58,999 bases of DNA from Spirogloea muscicola (Eukaryota), in the NCBI GenBank assembly GCA_009602725.1, contig WELB01000008.1, positions 118,890-177,888 on the forward strand. The letters are read 5' to 3'. Positions 50,282 through 58,999 of this stretch are shown here, in pieces (positions within the stretch are counted from its first letter, which is position 1; every line of letters begins with the position of its first letter). The notes below the pieces were generated by a model, which saw nothing but the letters and a program-made list of their open reading frames with translations, was not told where the DNA came from and did not search any database. Position numbers and translations under genes: made by a program.

Positions 50282-53200
50282 ATGCTGTTCCACGTCGGCG
50301 GCGACGGGAGCCGCCCGACCTTCTTCGAGGCGGCGGCCGCCGACCACCTCCCAGCATCGCTGCGCGCCGCAGTGCTCTACTGCCTCGGGGTACAGCCGCC
50401 GCCGCAGCCCGCCGCCGCCGCCGCCGCCGCCGCCGCCCGTAATAGGAGTGAACCCAGCGGTTGCTGCAAAGAAGCGACGATGCGAGTCCGTGTCTGCCAG
50501 TCAGGTGCCGCGGGGGTGCAGGCTGGCCGCTCTCGGTGACGGCAGTCCCCGGCGACTGTCAACGAGGCCAGCGAGCCTCGAGCAGGCTGCTGCTGCTGCG
50601 GCGCCTCGGAGAACAGACGACTTACGTTGCCGGCATCGCGTCGTGGGCGGCGGCACAGGTCCTGGCGCAGCGCCGGCCAGCGCTGCACCGCGTGCTAGAC
50701 CGCAGCGACGAGGCCTTTGCGCTGCTCATGCTGCTGCTGGAGGGCCACTCCCTTCGCACCTCCGGTGAACCCCAAGCCCTAAGCTGTTACAGCCTCTGGG
50801 GCTGGCTTGATGCCTCTCTTCCCTGGCACGCTGCTGCTGGTCCATCAACGCCGCCGTCGTGCCGCCGCCACCCAACCAGCTTCTTGGCGGCAGCCGCAAT
50901 CGTCGTGTTACAGATCCTCCTTTCATCGGCCAGCCGAAGTTGGTGCTCCTGCAGCGCAGCTGCATCTGCAGCGGCAGTAGCGCAAACTCTGTGTTGCCCG
51001 CTGTCCATCACTCAGTCGCTGCTGAGGAGATGCGGCACGCGCCGCTTGCTGTCTCAGACGCCTCCTTCTCCGAAGCCCTGTATGGCCTCCGGCGTGCCCC
51101 TGCTGAGGTGGTGGCAGCTGCGGAAGCTGGCCCTGCCACCACCGCCAAGGAGCAGGCGGACGATGGCAAGGCCGCGGCCGCCACCCACGGGCTCACCAGG
51201 AGGCAGCGTCTGCTCTCCCTCTTCTTCCTTGTGAGTGTCCCCACTGCTGATGGCTCCAGCGCAGTGGCGTAAGCGCCCCCATCTTGCAGTTCCTTTCCGG
51301 CCATGATGTTGGGCAAGAGCTTTTGCTGCTGAGCAGGTGGGTCTGCCATACATGAAGTCGAAGATGCAGTCGGCCTATGCCAGCAGGCAGGCTGCAGTGT
51401 TGCGCGCGCGCCTGTGGGAGCGGGAGGAAGGCGCAGCAGAGGACGGCGAGGACGACATTGACGGGGATGCCGCGCGAGCTGCAGCGGAAGCGGCAGGGGT
51501 GCCTAGCGCCTCCGCACCAGCAATCGAGTGGCTCAAGCACGGGCTTGGAAACGCCGCCGCAGCGGCGTACCCCGCTGTCCATGTGCTTTACGAAGGTGCG
51601 AGGAGGCCCCAGGGAGGCCATCTCTGCGCAGAATTGCTTGTCATTTGTGTCATAAGAAATGCTCCAGAATTGTGGAGATCGTGGGCTTTAAATATTCAGG
51701 ACTTATTGCTCTGGATACGGGGCTCAGACTGCACATGACAGATGACCATTTTAATTGTGGAAAAGCTTTGGACTGTAGCTGAGGTTGGGAGATTGGTAGG
51801 AGTGCCCTGGACGGCAGCATCAGGGAGCAGTGTCCCTCACTCTTCATTGTGCATATTTGGTGGAATTGGTCTGACACCCTCACAGCATTGAATCAGAACA
51901 CTAAATCTCAGTCTCGTTGGGTGCACAGGTGTCTCTTTTGCATATCAGCTCCTGTATCTCCTTGACGCCACTGGCTTTTACTCGTTCTCCTTGCACTGCC
52001 TGCAATTGAAGCTGCGGCGCGCGTCAGGCCAGGAGCTGGTGTGCTCACACCCCTGCCTGAGCAGTGCCTCTTGTCCTGTGAAAGTGATGAACTGCAGTTT
52101 CATACTAATTTGCAATTAGTTTGCATACAAAACTTTGACTGATTCTGGTGTCCGCCCGCCGCCCCAGCAGATGGATGCCACAAAAATCGTCAACGAGCGG
52201 CGCAAGCGGGAGTTGTATCACCTGCGTGGACCCCCAGTCCTCCAGGTCTCCCTAGCTTTTGAAGGCATAATGAGCCGAGGCTACTGATGATGCATGACCC
52301 TTTGGTCACTGGGAGCCCTACAATATAGTGAATCTGTTGCTATAGAGCCTACTAGCTACTCCTCTATACTCACTTGTGTTCAGGAGCTCCATGTTCTCAT
52401 GAGCTCGTCTCCATGTCTTATGAGCTCGCTTTGAGGGCCCTTGGAGCATGACTTCATTATGCTGAGTGCGGCTTGCTGTCCTTGGATACAGCGAGTGCAG
52501 CGGGGCTTGCTAGGAGCCGTCTACACAACGTTGGACTATGCCCAGACCAGCTTGATAGCTGCAGTCTTTCTCTTTAAGGTAGTCCATATGTCTGTCCAAC
52601 TTCTTGTTGGAGTCATGATATTTGTTGCCAGCTTCATCTCACTCGTATGTGCGCAATTTCTTGGACCTTTGCTTCGAGCCATGAGTGTTGTGGACCAAGT
52701 CCATAAACCTTTTCCCTTATCTCACCCTGACCTGCACTGAGGTGGGACTACTGTGTGACCAATGCAGATGGTGGAGTGGTGGTACCAGTCGGCTGAGCAG
52801 CGGCTTGCGACGCCCGCTGTCTACCCACCACCGCCACCGCCGCCTCCACCCAAGGTAGAGCGTCTGCTTTTAGGGCCTCGCCACCGAGCTTGGCTTTGTT
52901 TGACGGAGTCAACACCTGCAGGAATCATGCTTAGGGGAGTTTTTGCTGGTGCCAATTGCTGTTACATGAATGACATGGAACTCGTGTCCGGCTGCATCTT
53001 CATTGTGACGTCTTCACCTAGCAATGTGTGCAGGAGGCTGAAGGGGGCCTCTCGCCGCCAAGCGATCGACGACTGTGCCCACTCTGCCTACAATCTAGGA
53101 CAAACCCAGCCATGGTTGCCACCTCAGGCTTCGTCTTCTGCTACCCTTGCATCTTCAGCTATGTACAACAGGTGCATACCCCCTCGTTGCAACCTCACTC

Positions 53201-53447
53201 ATGTACGTAAATTGCTCAATGATGGGTGGTTCAGTCGACACTATATTGCCATTGCTGCCTACTTAGGCTCTTACGAATTCTTATTGCTGATTTCCTGAAT
53301 GGGCTTTGTCAAAGTTGTACAAATTCAGCATGTTCCAGCCAAAAGGATCTGAGACTTATTTTCGCATGCATGCAGTACAAGCGATGCCCCGTCACGCTCA
53401 TACCGTCCAGTGTAGATAACATCCGTAGGCTTTACCACAACGCATAA
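50282..53447 (+). CDS. PEX12: Peroxisome biogenesis protein 12
   Basis: MLFHVGGDGSRPTFFE, ASFSEALYGLRR, GLPYMKSK, YQLLYLLDATGFYS, FKMVEWWY, PPPPP, RING CPLC..RTNP..SGFVFCYPC and RCPVT. Confidence 0.95.
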
Positions 53448-53689
53448 AACAGACAGTGCACTCCTCTATTTTGATCTCAGGCTTTCTCGTCTGAGGTCTC
53501 CAAGTAGACCTTCCGCATTTGCAGCAAGTTTTGGCAGCATTGGCGCTTTTGATTTGTTGAAGCATCAAAGCATTGGTGCACAGGCCAGGCTATGTTGACC
53601 ATTTCCAGATCCTTATTCTATATACTGTGTTTCCGCGACCCCACCCCGACGAAACTCAGTAGCAGCAGCAAAAGCGCGCCCTTTCATAC

Positions 53690-54070
53690 GTACGCCCACC
53701 GTCCGCACTACCTGGCCCGCGTCCTCCCTCCCTCCCCGGCGGTGAAGGCGGCGTACGCGGCTTTTGACTCCGGCGTTCTGGCGAGCGCGGCCTCTCTCCT
53801 GCAACACCCCGGCTTCCTCACCACACCAGCCGCGATGCTCCAGGCCAGCCTGCCTGTCAGTCGTGGCGGTCTGGGCTGCCGCCCAGTCGCCCGCGTTTGC
53901 GAGGCCGCCTACCTGGGCAGCTGGGCCCAGGTCGCCGCACCCATCAGCCGGCGGTTCCAAGCGCACGGCATCCGCACCATGGAGCGGGTGGTAGCTGAAG
54001 TGGAGAGCGGCTCGTTGCCTTTCCAGGCTGCTCTCCGCGCTGCCCGCGACGCGCTCCTGGCGGCCCACCC
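53690..54070 (+). mobile_element. CRE-like non-LTR retrotransposon ORF fragment (RT thumb / post-RT region)
   Basis: RPHYLARVLPP...AFD...QASLPVSRGGLGCR...AAYLGSW fits the LPxxxGGLG thumb motif. No stops in the fragment; it ends at the single N at 54071. Confidence 0.7.
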
Positions 54071-54084
54071 NGGCGCGCGCGGCC

Positions 54085-57000
54085 ATGGCGGTCACGGTGG
54101 CCGCGGCGGCTGCTGTGCTCTTGATTCTGTCGGCCGCAATGGCGGACGGCGCCCGGAAGGCGGCTTCGCCTGGGGATGGCGCCTGCCTGCCGGGCTTCGC
54201 GCCGGGGCCGCGCTCCGGGGCGTGCCTGCTGGCGGCGCCCGGCCCGGCGTCATTCGGCCAGGCCGAGGCGGAGTGCCAGGTCTCCCCCATTCCCTGCCGT
54301 CGCTTCTGAGCCGCTCGAGCTCCTGCCTCTTCGTCGCCGCTGCCGTTGGTGCCACCATTGACGCCCTGCCTCGTGTGCATGCACAGCGACGTGGGGGCCG
54401 GCTGGCGACGCTCCTGGGGCGCTTGGCCCTCGAGGACGCTGCGGAGCTGTGCCGAGCATTACCCGGCGACACTGGCGATGGTGGGAGTAGCGGGTGCCTC
54501 GTGGGCGCCGCGCGTGGGCCACAGCCAGGTTTGCAGATCACAGTGTACTCAGTACGCTATTTACGTCAGCCCGCGCTGCAGAGTCGCCCGATTTGATTTC
54601 TGCTGCTTGCATCAAGACGCGCGCTTCTGTGGCTTTCCCTCCGGCAGGCCCGCCATGGAGGTGGACGGAGCGAGCCCTGCGCAGCCTTCTCCATGGACCT
54701 GTGGCTGGCCACTACGACGCCGTCGGCAGCCTCTCCTTCGGTGACTGGTGAGCTCCACTGCACCCAACTAATCGCCCACTCGCTCTCGCGCTGTGGCTGA
54801 CGCCGCAGAGGACCGATCCCAATGCTGATGACTGTGGTGGTTGGCATGCAGTGCGGCCACTGAGATGGTGGCGGCAGGACGAGCTGCAGCAGGCAGCCGC
54901 AGCAGCAGCAAAGGCAGTGGGCCGCTGTGCACATGTGGTGCCAGGGGCCGGTAAGGCCCACGCCGGCCTAATCCCAGTGGCGTGCGCCTCGACAGCGCCA
55001 TTTATCTGCTCGCAGTCGGCTTGCAGCACGACGCTGTCATTGGCGGTCAGTGCCGCCTCTCAAGGCCTCGCTGAGTTGCTGCTCGGCTTCCGCCACGCCC
55101 ACGGCGCCGGTAGTGGCGGCGAGCGGTGGCACTTGAGAGTGGAGTCGAAGACGTCAAAGACAAAGAAGAAGACAAAGAAAACTAAGAAGAAGTCGAAGAA
55201 AAAGCCGAGCGGCACGAAGCACGATGGAAGGCCGCGGCACAGCTGCAATCACCACCCTGGCCACCACCACGTCCGCTGCCTGGTGAGGGTTGCCAGCTCT
55301 GCTTGCTGCAGCCCCGGGAGCGTTGTGGGAACTTGAGCTTTGTCTGTAGACTTTGGGCCTGCACCCAATAGGGCCTGCTGCAGGAACTACTTTCAGAAGA
55401 TTGTCGACACTGATACAACTTGATACTGCAATGTTGCAGCCTCCGCAGATGCCGCCGCCGACAAGAAGGGGGCCGGTGACAAAGACGCAGTCGCCTCCAC
55501 CATCAAGCAGGCCTCTTTCACCCAAGCGGCTGTCAATGCCACCACCTCCTCGCCGCTCGCCTCCTCCCAAGCGACACTCGCCTCCAATGCTCAAGCTACA
55601 ACCGCCTCCACCCAAGACGCACAGACCCCTGCCGAGGGCGCCGGCACCACCGCTATCACCAAAGAAGCCTTACCGTATTCTGCCAGTGAATGCCTCCACA
55701 CCTCCTCCTAGAAAGGCCATCCCCCCTCCTCCCTCTGTCAATAAGCAGGCCCAGGCGGGGGTGTCATTACTGGCTTTCAAGGCCGCTATGCGCGACCCCC
55801 ACGGCCACCTTACCAACTGGATCGGCACCACACCATGCGCCTCGGATTGGAATGGCGTCTTCTGTGAGGACCAGGCTGTGGCCGCCGCCAGCCTAACAGT
55901 AGAAGCCTCAGAATTCGGGGCCACACTGGCAGTCAGGGCTGTAGCAGCGCAGCCCCAGATGGTTGTCACTGGCCTGGACCTCAACGGCTTTGGCCTTCAT
56001 GGCTACGTTCCGCAGTTCCTGCGCAACCTCCCGGTGAGCACCAGGAGCTCTCCTCTCAGCATGCATAACCGCAACTCTGCTGCAGCGTGGATGAGCAGTG
56101 CCTTGCAGAGACTTCACAGCCTGGCAAGTTCGAGCTGTTGGTGTGACTTGGCGGCTTGCAAGACCTCAATCACCACCAGAACGAGCGGAGGATAAGGGCA
56201 GAGCCGAAAGGGCAGAAGAGACAGCTTGAGGGGAAAGGGATGGGGGCATGCAAGAAAATGACATTGTCAGCTGTGTGCATCTCTGCCCATGTCCATGTGG
56301 CTCTTATGGCTCCTCTGGTTGACCATGCGCAGGACTTGGGCTTTATCCATGCAAGCCAGAACTTCTTCGTCGGCGCACTGCCAGATCTGAGCGGACTGAG
56401 TCTGCTCGCTGAACTTGACTTCTCACTCAACCTCCTGTCGGGCCCGCTGCCGCTGTGGGTCACAGCACTGCCTGCCCTGCGGTTCCTGGACCTGCGTCAC
56501 AACAGCTTCACAGGCGTGCTTCCACCATCGCTGTTCAGCACGCGGCTGGACGTGCTCGCGGTGAACAACAATGCCCTCAAGGAGCCAATCCCAAACAACC
56601 TGGGGTCCCTCCCGGTCTCGCTCACCGTTCTCGCCCACAACGCGCTCGGCGGGCTGATTCCCGCCAGCATCGGGCAGCTTGCGCCGACGTTGTCGGAGCT
56701 TGTGCTGCTCAACAACGGCCTCATTGGTGGCCTCCCCGCAGCCATCACCCAGCTCCGCTCCACGCTTGTACTCAACTTCGCTGACAACCGTCTCAACGGC
56801 GGCCTCCCCCTCAACATTGGCAATTTCACAAGCCTCGTCCAGGTGACTGGCCAACTTGTGTTCCTCGTTGCTGTTATTCTGCCCTGAATAGCTCTGACAG
56901 GACTCGCAGCGTGGCCTCCAGCTGGACATTGCGGGCAACCGCTTCGCAGGCAACATCACCACCTCGGGGGTGTTCTTCTTACCCAATCTGCAGGTACATC

Positions 57001-58999
57001 TCCCACTTATGTGCCCTTCTGCCAAGAAAGCCCAAATTTGCAGGTTGACCAACACTCCTCTCCTTGGACCTAGCAACATGAGGCGAGCTGCTTGGGGCTA
57101 GTCATCACTGTATGTTCCTCGGGTGGTATGCCAAAGAGCATGCCCAGTGCGGCTGCTGCTTCTTGCCTTGGTGCTTCTTCCTCGTGTCACATGCTGCGCT
57201 TAAGGCAATTGCTCTGCTCTTGCAGCTATTCAACTATGGAGACAACTTTTTTGTGGGCAAGCCGCCACCCAATACAACAATTGACGTTGTCATCGGCGAG
57301 GATTGCAGCAGCGGTCACTGCCAGGCATTTGGCCCACCACCTCCTGGTAATTGGCATCCAGTCCAGGCCTCTCCATTGCTTTCACAGTAAGCTGGTTGGT
57401 TTCACAGGTTGGTGGTTGAGAGCTGCTCAAGTCTTACTTCGAATTTTGACGAGGGTTTCAGGCTGTCAGGGCTGCTAGATGTTGTTAGAACAGTCTGTGC
57501 CAAATCTTCAGTAGTGTGGCTAGTCACTAGGGCCCACCTGTTGACATTGCAAATGCTGTCTTCTGCTGCCACAGTGGGTGCAGTTCTGCAACCGCCAAAC
57601 CCAGCTCCGCTGCTATCCCCACCTCCACCTCCATCCCTCTCTCCACAGGTGCCATCGCTATTACCCTCGCCAACAACATCATCCCCACTTTTGCCGCCCC
57701 TGTCCAGTCCGCCGCCACTGCCATCGCTACCAGCCCTACCTCCACCACAGTTGCCTCTTGGTGGAGCATCTCCGGCCTCTCCACCTTCGCCTTCAACAGC
57801 CCCATCTCTACTGTCGCCGCCGCCGTCGCCATCGCCGGGGCTCAGCCCGCCGTTGCTGCCGCCATTAACACCACCACCGTCGCCGCCTGAGCTCCTGCCG
57901 ACGCCACGTCCGTCGCCATTCCCGCCACCACTCATCCAGCCGTCGCCCCCTGTGGTACCTCTCCCACCGCCTCCACCCGGACCAAAATTGCCGCCACCGG
58001 AGTCGCTTCCTCCGCCCCCTCCGCCGCCCCATTTATTCCCACTACCGCCCCCAGTTCCAACTTCGCTTTTGGCCCCTCCGTCACCGCCTCCTCTCCAAGC
58101 GCCTCTCCTGCCGCCGCCACCACCATCGTCGTTCTCGCCACCATTTCCGCCCCCCCTAAGCCAATCGTCGCCTCCGCCGCCGTCGCCCCCAGTGGTGCTT
58201 CCTTCTCCAACGCCTCCCCCACTATCACCGCCACCTCAAGAGCCTCCTCCGCAGCCACCACTGCCACCACCATTCTTGGTGCCACCCCCTCCGTTGCCAC
58301 CGCCACCTTCCCCTCCGTTGCGACCACCGCCGCCACCACCACCGCCGCCGCCACCACCACCTCCTGGTGATTGTCATCCAGTCTAGGCCTCTCTATGGCT
58401 TCCACAGTATGACACATTGGTGGTTAAGAGCTGCTAGAGTGCTACTTTGGATGATTGAAGGGGTTTGAGAAAAGGCTGTCAACGCTCTTAAATGTTGTCA
58501 TTATCAAACTGTGCCAAATGTCAGTAGAGTGGCTGACAACTAGAGCAACCTATTGACATCTCACATGCTGTCCTTTGCTGCCACAGTGGGTGCACTTATG
58601 CGACCGCCACCCCCAGTTCCGCTGCTATCCCAACCCCCATCTCTCCTGCCGCCGCCGCCGTCGCCGTCGCCATTGCAGCTCAGCCCGCCTTTGCTGCCGC
58701 CATTGGCGCCACCACCGCCGCCGCCTGAGCTCCCGCCGCCGCCACCTCCGTCATTCTCGCCACCATTCCCGCCCCCCCTGGCCAAATCGTCGCCTCCGCC
58801 GCCGTCGCCCCCAGTGGCGCTTCCTCCCCCAAGGCCCCAACCATCACCGCCACCACCACAGCCTCCTCCGCCGCCACCATTGCCACCACCATTCTTGGTG
58901 CCACCTCCTCCACCGTCACCACCGCCGCCTTCCCTTCTGTTGCCGCCGCCGCCGCCACCACCACCAACGCCGCCATCTCCGCCACCGCCCCTGCCGCCG
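54085..58999 (+). CDS. Secreted C-type-lectin + LRR-extensin (LRX/PEX-like) chimeric protein; 3' end outside the window
   Basis: Signal peptide; CTL cysteine pattern (exons 54085-54279, 54387-54528, 54648-54747, ~54811-55282); Pro-rich linker and LRRNT (LLAFK..DP..LTNW..C.WNGVFC, 55350-56033); LRRs (56333-56842, 56922-56993, 57226-~57346); SPPP-rich exons 57575-~58366 and 58587-end. Confidence 0.75.
57337..58999 (+). repeat. Tandem duplication of an intron + Pro-rich exon module, period ~1020 bp
   Basis: Intron ~57347-57574 aligns by eye with intron ~58367-58586, and the exons that follow are clearly homologous. Confidence 0.85.

Overview
Eukaryotic nuclear DNA from an intron-rich, plant-lineage genome. 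The very GC-rich (GCC)n first exons together with land-plant-type orthologues suggest a streptophyte alga; this is inference. About 12 spliced protein-coding genes can be rebuilt by hand: HDA8-like deacetylase (-), mTERF9 (+), a bacterial-type lysozyme-like gene with introns (+), HPPD (-), FSH1/OVCA2 serine hydrolase (+), CCS (-), VPS18 (+), NHL/LEA_2 (-), exportin-7 (-), ENT1-like transporter (-), PEX12 (+) and a C-type-lectin/LRR-extensin chimera (+, runs off the window). Between them lie nests of 5'-truncated CRE-like (RLE-type) non-LTR retrotransposon remnants that share one conserved 3' stem-loop tail, a 550-bp (TC)n tract and several assembly gaps. The most notable observations are: (1) an intron-containing, apparently bacteria-derived lysozyme/GH108-like gene; (2) a C-type lectin domain apparently fused to an LRX; (3) an HDA8 with GHH->GHQ at the catalytic dyad; (4) an upstream exon that splices in frame onto HPPD; (5) a self-nesting retroelement tail, one copy of which has a visible 9-bp target-site duplication. 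All family assignments come from motif recall, not from database searches.
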